In this document: one piece after another, positions 8,256 to 16,402 of the stretch
How positions within the stretch are numbered: position 1 is the first letter of the stretch
Layout: each line of letters begins with the position of its first letter
DNA from: Candidatus Altimarinota bacterium
GTDB lineage: Bacteria > Patescibacteriota > Gracilibacteria > UBA1369
Direction: 5' to 3'
NCBI GenBank assembly: GCA_041659405.1
Contig: JBAZYK010000012.1
Location: 24,750 to 56,749, forward strand
Length of the DNA stretch: 32,000 nucleotides
Translations under genes and position numbers: made by a program
The notes under the pieces: model-generated
Databases searched by the model: none
What the model saw: the letters and a program-made list of their open reading frames with translations, nothing else
Told to the model about the DNA's origin: nothing

Positions 8256-8990
8256 ATGTCACTTATAAAAAAACTGCAAGAATTAGGGCTTAATAAGAAT
8301 GAAGCAAAGATATATATTCTTTGTCTATGTTCGCCCTTATGCCCATCTGAAATTTCCAGATTAGTTAATATTCCTAGAACAAGCTGTTATTTCTACCTAA
8401 GTAAATTGTTAGAAATGAATCTCTTGATCAAAAACATAAATCGAAAAACAATTTTATATTCTTCAACAGATATAAATGCAGCAATTGCAATTCTACTCAG
8501 AGTGAAAAAACAGGAATTGAAGGAAATAACAAAAATTGGAGATCAAATCATAGCTGAAGTATCAATAAAAGAGGAAAATAATATTTATAAAACAACCCGG
8601 GGAATCCAGGGTTATGAAAATCTTTACAAAGAAATTTTAAGAGATAAAAAAGACATTTACTGGTTCGGAGATTTTTCAATTATCATCGATACAATCGGGG
8701 CCATGCGTTTCTATAAAGATTTCTCGATGAAAAGAATGCATAATAGTACGACGGCTTATGCTTTGACCACAAATTATATAAAGAATTTTAAAAAATACAG
8801 TGAAATAATAGGTGATTTCAGGAAAATGAAAATAATAGATACGATTCCAGCCCATTCCCTATTCTGCATTTGGGGTGAAAAAATCGCCTTCGTTTTTAAA
8901 GAAGATGAGCTGAAAATAGTTGTTATCCGTCAAAAATTCATCACAAAAATGATTTTAACAATATTCCTAAATTATTGGGAGAAAGCTTAA
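8256..8990 (+). CDS. TrmB-family winged-helix transcriptional regulator
   Basis: N-terminus LQELGLNKNEAKIYILCLCSPLCPSEISRLVNIPRTSCYFYLSKLLEMNLL fits the TrmB HTH pattern. It is a paralogue of the 13201..13983 product. Confidence 0.75.
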   Translation: MSLIKKLQELGLNKNEAKIYILCLCSPLCPSEISRLVNIPRTSCYFYLSKLLEMNLLIKNINRKTILYSSTDINAAIAILLRVKKQELKEITKIGDQIIAEVSIKEENNIYKTTRGIQGYENLYKEILRDKKDIYWFGDFSIIIDTIGAMRFYKDFSMKRMHNSTTAYALTTNYIKNFKKYSEIIGDFRKMKIIDTIPAHSLFCIWGEKIAFVFKEDELKIVVIRQKFITKMILTIFLNYWEKA

Positions 8991-9040
8991 ATGAATCTAG
9001 AGCATTAAAAAGACAGTTCCATAACTGCTTATTTTTTCTT

Positions 9041-9117
9041 TGGAGCGGGTAAGGGGGCTCGAACCCCTGACCTCAACCTTGGCAAGGTTGCGCTCTAGCC
9101 AACTGAGCTACACCCGC
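9041..9117 (-). tRNA. tRNA-Gly (anticodon GCC), CCA encoded
   Basis: The reverse complement is GCGGGTGTAGCTCAGTTGGCTAGAGCGCAACCTTGCCAAGGTTGAGGTCAGGGGTTCGAGCCCCCTTACCCGCTCCA. It forms a full cloverleaf, with anticodon loop TTGCCAA. Confidence 0.95.
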
Positions 9118-9242
9118 ACTCCAATAATCCGACAAATTGGCGACCCATTTTGCGATTCGGTTCCTAACCTAAAACCGCGCCAATTCTTTTTTGCTCAACG
9201 AATTTACCTTAAAATCACACAAATTTCAATATGTTTTAGGGG

Positions 9243-10136
9243 CTATTTCAGTAGATCCGCCGATTCAACCTTAAACGAGTCCACAATTGGCTTCCATAAA
9301 GCCATAGATTTTGTGAATTCAGGCGCCTTTAAGAGATCATCTAAATAGGTTTTAGCCGTGAGCATATTGTATTTTTCCTCCGATTGGTCTGAAGACCAAA
9401 TACCCTTATCATCAAAGGAAACACCTCCTCTAAAAATGTAATTTAAGCCATTTACTTTCTTTATATAAATTTTATCCCAAGATTCACCATAATCCGCTCC
9501 GGTTGTTAAAATAGGATAGCCATCGGCAGCGCTAAATTCATACTGCGTTAACGCATCTTTGCCATTAGTTTCACAGTAAAAATTTGGATAATTTGCTCCT
9601 GCTTTTTTAGCCAGGGATCCATCACATTTATAAGTTATTTTCGCATTTTCTGCCGGAGTTTCAATTGTCTGATTTACACCATAAGGTGGATACATTCTTG
9701 GTGAAACCTCTAGCCCCTGATAAGAAAACCCCTCATATTTTCCATCTACAGCACCACCATATTCATACTCACAATTTAGACCAGCAATTCCCGGATTTGG
9801 GCCCGAAAGATTGGACTGTGCCACCGAAACAACTTGATCATAAAGTTTCATATAAATTCTGCCATTTTCGAACTTACCCACTTTCAAATCACTGCAATAT
9901 ATGTCTTTTCCTTTAAGGATTGGAGCATAAGGATCCACTTCTTGCGTTTCGGTTTGTGAAGCTTGTGCGGTTTGAGTAGGCTGTTCGGTTTGGCTTTGTG
10001 TAAGGCTTTGCGTGAGGACGATGTCCGTAGCTGCGATCGTTGGCTTGTTTTCAGACGATTTAGTAGTGCCAGGAGCGGAACATGCAGCCAAAATAAGCAC
10101 ACTTCCTATACCCAATATAAACAAAAGTTTTTTCAT
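9243..10136 (-). CDS. lipoprotein, function unknown
   Basis: Signal peptide with lipobox MKKLLFILGIGSVLILAAC, followed by a T/Q-rich linker. Confidence 0.8.
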   Translation of the reverse strand: MKKLLFILGIGSVLILAACSAPGTTKSSENKPTIAATDIVLTQSLTQSQTEQPTQTAQASQTETQEVDPYAPILKGKDIYCSDLKVGKFENGRIYMKLYDQVVSVAQSNLSGPNPGIAGLNCEYEYGGAVDGKYEGFSYQGLEVSPRMYPPYGVNQTIETPAENAKITYKCDGSLAKKAGANYPNFYCETNGKDALTQYEFSAADGYPILTTGADYGESWDKIYIKKVNGLNYIFRGGVSFDDKGIWSSDQSEEKYNMLTAKTYLDDLLKAPEFTKSMALWKPIVDSFKVESADLLK

Positions 10137-10216
10137 AAAATAAAAGAAAATTAACAGACATCATTATAACCTGGATTGATTAAAATGTATTACAACTTCA
10201 ACAAATAAACAATCAC

Positions 10217-10250
10217 AAAAAAAACCGCTTCGCAGCTAGGCTGGGAGCGC
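10217..10250 (-). terminator. intrinsic terminator
   Basis: The minus strand reads GCGC-TCCCAGC-cta-GCTGCGA-aGCG-g followed by T8 (the plus-strand A run at 10217-10224). Confidence 0.5.
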
Positions 10251-10388
10251 TTCTTGGTTTGTTCCTGACCGATCCTTCCAGTAGGAGTATTCTTCTCCGC
10301 ATTCCAGGCATTCCACCTTTATGCGAATGAAATTCTCTACAAGAGGGTACTCTCGTGTCATGAACTCACCGTGTGTACAGTTGTTCAT
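10225..10388 (-). ncRNA. candidate small RNA of about 165 nt, identity unresolved
   Basis: The unit is bracketed by a near-consensus promoter (10395-10423) and a terminator (10217-10250). It has several local hairpins: CATGAAC/GTTCATG, AGAG/CTCT, CATTC/GAATG and GGAG/CTCC. No ORF. Confidence 0.4.
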
Positions 10389-10394
10389 GGCTAA

Positions 10395-10423
10395 ATTATA
10401 TCAAACCGGTGCCGCGCTGTAAA
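10395..10423 (-). promoter_or_regulatory. sigma70-type promoter
   Basis: The minus strand reads TTTACA, a 17-nt spacer, then TATAAT. It begins 4 nt after the stop of the flippase gene. Confidence 0.5.
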
Positions 10424-10426
10424 CCC

Positions 10427-11830
10427 TTACGCAGGCTTTTTAAGCATTTTCCTTACTTTCACTCCGCACATGATAACCATGGCTGTTTCACCGGCAATGG
10501 CTCCCAGTAAAATAAAAAGCAGCTTCAGATTCAGATTTTCTATCAATAAAGATCCACCAAAAAAAATCACCGAAACAATCACCGCCAAAAATTCGCGCTT
10601 CATGATCCAAATGTCATCTTCAAAAGCAAAAAGGGTCAAAATCACCAGATCGTAAACATAAGAAACAGCCACCAAAATAAGCATCATTGGCAACAAATAC
10701 CAAAATTCCGGCAAGAAATATTTTTGATGAGTTAGTAGTTGGATAAGCCATGGCCCCAGCAAACTTCCAAAAACCACCACCAGCGCTCCGCCCACTGTCA
10801 TAAGCCAAAAAAGCCTCTTATATAAAACCCGGGCTTTCTTCCAATCCTTTTCGGCCAAGTATTGTTTAAGCCCCGGCAAAGCCGAAAACATTAAAAACGT
10901 GGAAAGCAGACTTAAAACCTGCGCAACTCGAAAGCTTACATTAAAAGCCGCAAATTGAGCACCGGTTAAAGCTTCGTGACTAAAATAATCGGGCAAAAAA
11001 CGGAAATATAAACTGTTCGAAATAATTATGACGCCATAAGGCAAACTCGTCTTAAAAATCTCCCACAGAAAATTTTTATCCAGCGCAAAAGTAATCTTAA
11101 CTTTTTCACGCGCAAATTTTTGCAGCACAAAAAACAAACTTACTCCCATCGTGACCAAACTTCCCACCACGCTCATCGTAAAAAACAGCAGCAAGGCCAC
11201 TTCCACATTTGCACCCGCGCCCGCAGCACCAGCACCCGCGGAGCCAATCGCACCCACGCCCGCCACCGCCCCGCCCATCTCTTTTATAACCAAAAAAGTT
11301 CCCACAGCCGTTAAAAACTTTCCAATTACCAAAGCAAAAGTCCCTCGGCCCATCAGATAATTTGCCTGCAGCATGCCCTCGCACACCGAAGTCACATAAT
11401 CAAAAAACAGCGACACCAAAAAAATCAGACTCGCCAAAATAAAAATCCGGTCACTTCCGGAAAGCCATAAATAAAGCCCAGCAGACACAAAAAGCAGGCC
11501 GCTGGTCATAATCCTTAAAACCAAAGCATTAAAAAAAGTCTTTCCACTTTTAGGCTTTTCCGCCATTTTCCTGATTACATTCGCAAAAATTCCTAAATTA
11601 GCCGCCGTCGAAAAAAACAAAGCAAACTCCATCACGGCGCCATAAGTGGCATAATTATTTTCACTCAAAAAATTGGAAATTTGTTTTAGGATCAACGCAG
11701 ACAAAAAAAACTGCACAAATTTACCGGCATATTGCACCAACGTAGAAAAGGCGATCTTTCTGCCAATAACCGATATGGGAGCGTCATGAAAATGAGTGGT
11801 AGTTTTAAGTTGGGTGGAAGCCACGGACAA
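10427..11830 (-). CDS. MOP-superfamily polysaccharide/lipid-linked oligosaccharide flippase (Wzx/MurJ-like)
   Basis: Polytopic membrane protein of about 14 hydrophobic segments with typical N-terminal FSTLVQYAGKFVQFFLSALILK. The start is TTG (11830) or GTG (11824); there is no ATG nearby. Confidence 0.75.
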   Translation of the reverse strand: MSVASTQLKTTTHFHDAPISVIGRKIAFSTLVQYAGKFVQFFLSALILKQISNFLSENNYATYGAVMEFALFFSTAANLGIFANVIRKMAEKPKSGKTFFNALVLRIMTSGLLFVSAGLYLWLSGSDRIFILASLIFLVSLFFDYVTSVCEGMLQANYLMGRGTFALVIGKFLTAVGTFLVIKEMGGAVAGVGAIGSAGAGAAGAGANVEVALLLFFTMSVVGSLVTMGVSLFFVLQKFAREKVKITFALDKNFLWEIFKTSLPYGVIIISNSLYFRFLPDYFSHEALTGAQFAAFNVSFRVAQVLSLLSTFLMFSALPGLKQYLAEKDWKKARVLYKRLFWLMTVGGALVVVFGSLLGPWLIQLLTHQKYFLPEFWYLLPMMLILVAVSYVYDLVILTLFAFEDDIWIMKREFLAVIVSVIFFGGSLLIENLNLKLLFILLGAIAGETAMVIMCGVKVRKMLKKPA

Positions 11831-11848
11831 AGATTAAGCTGGTAATAA

Positions 11849-12715
11849 TTATGGAGTTTTTGTTTGAGTGGAAGCTGTGCCAGTTGTTTGCGTTGCCCCA
11901 GCCCCTAAAGCCGCTTGATCAGCCGCAGCCGGCGGCAGAACTTCAATCATCCGTTTTGCGCCACTTTCGATTGGATTGGTGTAATCGTGGAGAGCATTTT
12001 GCAAAACTTTCCAAGTATAAACATAATCTTCACCATTTTTGGTCCCGACATCTGCTGTAATCACTTTTTGGCCTGCCTTATAACCTTTAATGACTATGGC
12101 ATGATAAACCGGTCCGCCATTACGATAATTTGGATTGCCCAGTTTTTTGCCTGCAAAAGTCATAATAATCAAATGGCCTTTTGCCAGAACACGCTGCATA
12201 TCTTCAAACGTTGGATTTTCGTGGACGACACTGTCTAAACCAAAATATTCTTTTAACATCTGCCGAATTTGAGCAACGGTAGTGTCTTTGTAATCACCAA
12301 AATTCTCCATTTCCCATTGCACCATCTTCAAAATCTGATCGTTAAACTGCGTTGCTGTCCACTGATGATTGTAATAAACATTCGCAATCAAAAGAGCGCT
12401 GGCCTCTTCACAGGCTTCCTGCCAAGGAAAATCCCAATTGCCAAACGGCGCCTGCGAATAAAAATCCATTTTAAAATTCAATTCCGCCGGCAGAATTTGT
12501 TCGGTAGTTACCTGTTCCGTTTGAGTATTAATTTGGGTTGAAGTTTGTGTTGATCCCGATTCTTCACGCGCGTAATCAGTCAAATTAACCGCAGCAGGAA
12601 CAGGTTCTTTTGCATAGCGCCATGAACGATACAAAACATATGTTCCGCTAACCAACAAGGCTGTCAGCGCGAAAACAAAAAGCATTTTCAGATTTTTCTT
12701 CAAATTTTTTTTCAC
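11849..12715 (-). CDS. secreted or anchored C39-like (YvpB-type) cysteine peptidase domain protein
   Basis: N-terminal signal anchor. FYSQAPFGNWDFPWQEACEEASALL is the Cys motif and GGPVYHAIVIKGY the His motif. GTG start at 12715. Confidence 0.6.
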   Translation of the reverse strand: MKKNLKKNLKMLFVFALTALLVSGTYVLYRSWRYAKEPVPAAVNLTDYAREESGSTQTSTQINTQTEQVTTEQILPAELNFKMDFYSQAPFGNWDFPWQEACEEASALLIANVYYNHQWTATQFNDQILKMVQWEMENFGDYKDTTVAQIRQMLKEYFGLDSVVHENPTFEDMQRVLAKGHLIIMTFAGKKLGNPNYRNGGPVYHAIVIKGYKAGQKVITADVGTKNGEDYVYTWKVLQNALHDYTNPIESGAKRMIEVLPPAAADQAALGAGATQTTGTASTQTKTP

Positions 12716-12766
12716 AAGAAATTGTAAATTAACACTGGCATTATAGCACCGGAAAAAAGGGGATAC

Positions 12767-12802
12767 AAAAAAAACGGTCTTCTTTCGAAAACCGTTTTTT
12801 TT
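12767..12802. terminator. bidirectional intrinsic terminator downstream of cspA
   Basis: A8, then ACGGTCTTC-tttc-GAAAACCGT, then T8. It is read as a U-tailed hairpin on either strand. Confidence 0.7.
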
Positions 12803-12838
12803 GAAAATTCTTTTTTGAATTAGAATTTAAGGCCCTAA

Positions 12839-13063
12839 CTATACATTTGCATCTGTTGGTGCGCCTGTACCTAAAGCAACGTTTGTCGCTTTTGGACCCT
12901 TTGGGGAAGTACCCATTTCAAATGTTACATTGTCGCCTTCACGCATTTCTGCGAAATTGCCGGCTGCAACGTCATTAGCATGGAAGAATACGTCCTTGCC
13001 TCCGTCTTCCGGAGTGATAAAACCAAAGCCCTTTTCATTGAGCCTTTTAATTATACCTTTCAT
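12839..13063 (-). CDS. cspA: cold-shock protein (CspA family)
   Basis: [18 protein letters not shown] contains the RNP-1 and RNP-2 motifs. 74 aa. Confidence 0.95.
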   Translation of the reverse strand: MKGIIKRLNEKGFGFITPEDGGKDVFFHANDVAAGNFAEMREGDNVTFEMGTSPKGPKATNVALGTGAPTDANV

Positions 13064-13200
13064 AAAAAAAGGTTATAGAATAAATTCCTTTAAGCTTTGT
13101 CGCTGTAGGAATCTATTAAACACCCTACAAAACTCTACCTATTGGCAAACTCATACTACATTAATATATGAATATAGCAAGTTGAATTGGATTTAGCCTG

Positions 13201-13983
13201 CTACTTCAGCTTTTTCGCGGCAGAAGCCGTTTTCCAAAGTATCTCAAACATCACCTTCATTGAGTGGTAAATTTCTTTGCTTTCAATCAGAACGCCGATT
13301 TTTTCATTTTTTAGCGTAATTATAGACACTTTCCCGTCATAAATATTGATTTCATTTGAGATATCAAATAATTTTGCGGGTAAATGACGTGATTGGCGCA
13401 GATATTTTTTATCTTTTTTTATTTCCTGGCGTTCAAGCGGCGTATCTTTTGCAATGTAACGGAGAAATATGCCACTTTTAATTCGTTTTTTCACATACCA
13501 CTGATCATATTGTTTACCAAAAAGGTCCAAAAGATCAGCAAAGGAGCTTAAACAAAGTATCTCTGTTTTTGATTGAAGAGTGTCAATGTACATTCTTTTC
13601 AGATCCTGGATGCCTTCGTAATAAGTGACTTTTGGCACGTTAACATCCTGGCGGACAATCGAGGTAAGTTCCGGCAAAATGGCCGAGAATGCTCTGATGT
13701 TCTCATCCCAACGTTCGGATGCTTTTACTTTATTATGGTGAAGGTTTTTCAATATTTCTTCCGGTTTTTCTGCGGTAAAATATTGAGTCGTGCCTTTCCA
13801 ATTAAACCTCGCAAAGCCTTCTTTTGTCAGATGTTCAAGATAAACACGAACGGTTGTTCTTTTTTTATCAAGATTACGCGCCACGATACTTGCCGGCTGA
13901 GTTCCAAGACGAAGAAGGGTTGTATAAACATCAATTTCTTCAGGACTGCAGCCCAGGTTTTTTAGTACATTTTGATACATCAT
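13201..13983 (-). CDS. TrmB-family transcriptional regulator
   Basis: LKNLGCSPEEIDVYTTLLRLGTQPASIVARNLDKKRTTVRVYLEHLTKEGF. The track start is TTG 14004, but ATG 13983 is preferred. It is divergent from the ThrC-like/argGH operon. Confidence 0.75.
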   Translation of the reverse strand: MMYQNVLKNLGCSPEEIDVYTTLLRLGTQPASIVARNLDKKRTTVRVYLEHLTKEGFARFNWKGTTQYFTAEKPEEILKNLHHNKVKASERWDENIRAFSAILPELTSIVRQDVNVPKVTYYEGIQDLKRMYIDTLQSKTEILCLSSFADLLDLFGKQYDQWYVKKRIKSGIFLRYIAKDTPLERQEIKKDKKYLRQSRHLPAKLFDISNEINIYDGKVSIITLKNEKIGVLIESKEIYHSMKVMFEILWKTASAAKKLK

Positions 13984-14078
13984 GTCTTGATTATATGTTG
14001 TCAAAAAGTTTACGTCAATGATTGTTTTTGGCTCAATATATTGGCTTTCTACTAGTTGTAAATGGTGACGGTGGGTCG

Positions 14079-14107
14079 TTGACGAAGAGTCCTGCGAACT
14101 TTATGCT
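14079..14107 (+). promoter_or_regulatory. possible promoter of the ThrC-like/argG/argH operon
   Basis: TTGACG, a 17-nt spacer, then TATGCT, about 40 nt before the ATG at 14149. Confidence 0.35.
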
Positions 14108-14148
14108 GGAAACCTCTTATATTTTTTATATAAACCATTCAAGGAAAC

Positions 14149-15138
14149 ATGAAAATTTCGTATGATGCACATCTGGTCAATTTTGAATCTTTAAAAGAAA
14201 CGATTTTGGGAGAAGGCAAGACCCCTTTGATTGAATCGCGTTCAATTTCTCAACAATTTGGTTTTTCTTCGCTCTATTTAAAAAACGAAATGGTAAATCC
14301 AACCGGATCTTTTAAAGATCGTGAATCGGCCTATGTTTTTTCCAGGTTACTTTCGCCGTGGACTTCTAAAAAAATTGCAATCGCATCGTCCGGAAATGCC
14401 GCGATTTCTGCCTGTGCTTACTCTGCGTATTTTGGAAAAACATGCCTTTGTTATGTATCAGACAAGATCCCGCAGGGAAAAATCGACCTTATTACTCTTC
14501 TTGGAGGTCAAATTAAAAAAATCCCCGGATCTTATGAAGATGTTTATGAATACCTTATTGATAATTTGCCGGAAAATGCCATCAACATCACCTCGGGGCA
14601 GCTGGACTCCAGAGAAAACGGAAATATTCCCATTGTGGAGGAGATTTACGCCAGTGGCATTAAACCTGAGGCGATTATAATTCCGGTTGGTAATGGCTCA
14701 CTCCTGTATGGAATCTTCAAAGGACTGCAAAAGCTAATGATGAACGGAATAATTAAAAGTTATCCGCAGCTCATTGGGGTTGAAATGCTTGGATATGCCC
14801 CGGTTGCGGAAGCCATACGCCAAGGAAAAGCTTGGGTAGCAATTGCAGAGTCCCCGGATTCAATTGCTGATGCCGGGATAGCCGCCCAAAAAGCTTATTG
14901 CTCCGCGGAAGCCATTTTTGCGCTGAAGGAAACAAAAGGATTTATGGTCGAAATTCATGAGGAAGATCTTCAGGGGGCACTCAAAGCCATTTTAAAAGAA
15001 GGTTTAGTCGCAGAACCAAGCTCGGCCTGTGTAGTAGCGGCATTGAAATATTTACCTGATTTTAAAGAAAAAACGCTTGTGGCCATTTTATCCGGCTCAG
15101 GCTTCAAAATGATACCTTTTATTCTTAACCAAATTTAG
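14149..15138 (+). CDS. fold-type II PLP-dependent enzyme, threonine-synthase-like
   Basis: NPTGSFKDRES contains the PLP lysine. SSGNAA and GNGS loops are present. 329 aa. Confidence 0.7.
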   Translation: MKISYDAHLVNFESLKETILGEGKTPLIESRSISQQFGFSSLYLKNEMVNPTGSFKDRESAYVFSRLLSPWTSKKIAIASSGNAAISACAYSAYFGKTCLCYVSDKIPQGKIDLITLLGGQIKKIPGSYEDVYEYLIDNLPENAINITSGQLDSRENGNIPIVEEIYASGIKPEAIIIPVGNGSLLYGIFKGLQKLMMNGIIKSYPQLIGVEMLGYAPVAEAIRQGKAWVAIAESPDSIADAGIAAQKAYCSAEAIFALKETKGFMVEIHEEDLQGALKAILKEGLVAEPSSACVVAALKYLPDFKEKTLVAILSGSGFKMIPFILNQI

Positions 15139-15139
15139 T

Positions 15140-16402
15140 ATGGAAACCACAACCACATACAAAAAAATCGCTTCGTATGAAGCAAACAAAGGCGAATTCA
15201 AAAAATGTCTTTTACTATATTCCGGCGGGCTGGACACTTCGGTCATGCTCAAATGGATCCAGGAAAATTATGAGTGTGAAGTTGTTGCGCTCACGATTGA
15301 TCTTGGGCAGACAGCGGACGATTTGGAAGCCATCAAAAATAAAGCAATTATGCTTGGAGCTAAGGATGCCGTTGTTTACGATGCCAAGGATGAGTTTGCC
15401 GATACACTGCTTTCCATAGCCATAAAAGCCAATGCCGACTATCAGGGAGGTTACGCGCTTGGGTGTCCGCTTGGCCGTGTGATGATCGCCAAAATCGCCG
15501 CAAAAATTGCCCAACAATACGATTGTGAAGTGATTGCCCATGGCTGTACCGGCAAAGGCAACGATCAGGTTCGTTTTGAAGGTTACATCACAACTTTAAA
15601 TCCAAAACTTAAAATTATTGCGCCGGTAAGGGAGTGGGGAATGGGTCGTGATGAAGAGATTGAATATGCCGAAAAACATCAGATCCCAATCAAGCAAAAA
15701 AAAGATTCACCATATTCTTATGATGAAAATATGTGGTCGAATACAGGCGAAGGCGGCGAAATTGAAGATCCAAAATTAATCCCGCCACTTAAGCGGATTT
15801 TGCAATGGTGCAATACTCCCGAAGATGCTCCAAATGAAACGGAAATGATGACAATATCCTTCAAAAAAGGGGTTCCATTCGCGCTTAATGGCGCATCAAA
15901 AAAACTCAGTGAAATAGTGATGGAACTCAATAAAATTGGTGGAAAACATGGTGTTGGTGTGATTCATTTAATTGAAGATAGAATTGTCGGACTAAAAGTT
16001 AGGGGAGTTTACGAAAATCCGGCCGCTGCTATTTTAATTGCCGCGCATAAAAATCTGGAAAAACTTGTTTCCACAAGACAGGAAAATGAACTAAAATCTT
16101 TTATGGATCAAAAGTGGGCGTATCTTACTTATGGCGCACAATGGTTTGAGCCTGTCATAAGCCACATTCACGCTTTCATCGATGACCAGAATCAAAAAGT
16201 GAGCGGTGACGTGAAAGTTATTTTATACAAAGGTAACATTACCGTTGTCGCGGTTGAATCGCCTTATTCTTTGTTCGATAAAGATTTGGCAACTTTCAAT
16301 AAAAACGCCGCTTTCAATCAAAATGCCTCACCCGGATTTATTGAAATTTACACACTTGCCATGAAAACCGCCTACCAGCTTAACAATAAATCCAATGACT
16401 AA
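15140..16402 (+). CDS. argG: argininosuccinate synthase
   Basis: LLYSGGLDTSVMLKW is the PP-loop. AHGCTGKGNDQVRFE and ENRxxGxK-type regions are present. 420 aa. Confidence 0.95.
   Translation: METTTTYKKIASYEANKGEFKKCLLLYSGGLDTSVMLKWIQENYECEVVALTIDLGQTADDLEAIKNKAIMLGAKDAVVYDAKDEFADTLLSIAIKANADYQGGYALGCPLGRVMIAKIAAKIAQQYDCEVIAHGCTGKGNDQVRFEGYITTLNPKLKIIAPVREWGMGRDEEIEYAEKHQIPIKQKKDSPYSYDENMWSNTGEGGEIEDPKLIPPLKRILQWCNTPEDAPNETEMMTISFKKGVPFALNGASKKLSEIVMELNKIGGKHGVGVIHLIEDRIVGLKVRGVYENPAAAILIAAHKNLEKLVSTRQENELKSFMDQKWAYLTYGAQWFEPVISHIHAFIDDQNQKVSGDVKVILYKGNITVVAVESPYSLFDKDLATFNKNAAFNQNASPGFIEIYTLAMKTAYQLNNKSND

Noticed and set aside
3990-9117. Integron-like cassette array of single genes separated by imperfect repeats.
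   Set aside because: No intI-type integrase is present. Gene orientations are mixed. The repeats do not fit attC core sites: GTTCAAA has C where GTTRRRY needs a purine, and TTTGAAC does not fit RYYYAAC. There is also no extended imperfect palindrome per repeat.
9040-9348. 102-aa plus-strand ORF.
   Set aside because: It starts antisense across the tRNA-Gly gene and then overlaps the 3' end of the lipoprotein gene. It is a chance ORF.
10225-10388. SRP (4.5S) RNA identity for the small-RNA candidate, prompted by GGUCAGGAAC...AAGAAGC on the minus strand resembling the domain IV GGUCAGGUCC-GGAA-GGAAGCAGC.
   Set aside because: The flanking nucleotides cannot form the GNRA-capped apical stem (AAC/…CAA are not complementary), and the conserved GCAGC is absent. 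The resemblance is too weak to call without a covariance-model search.
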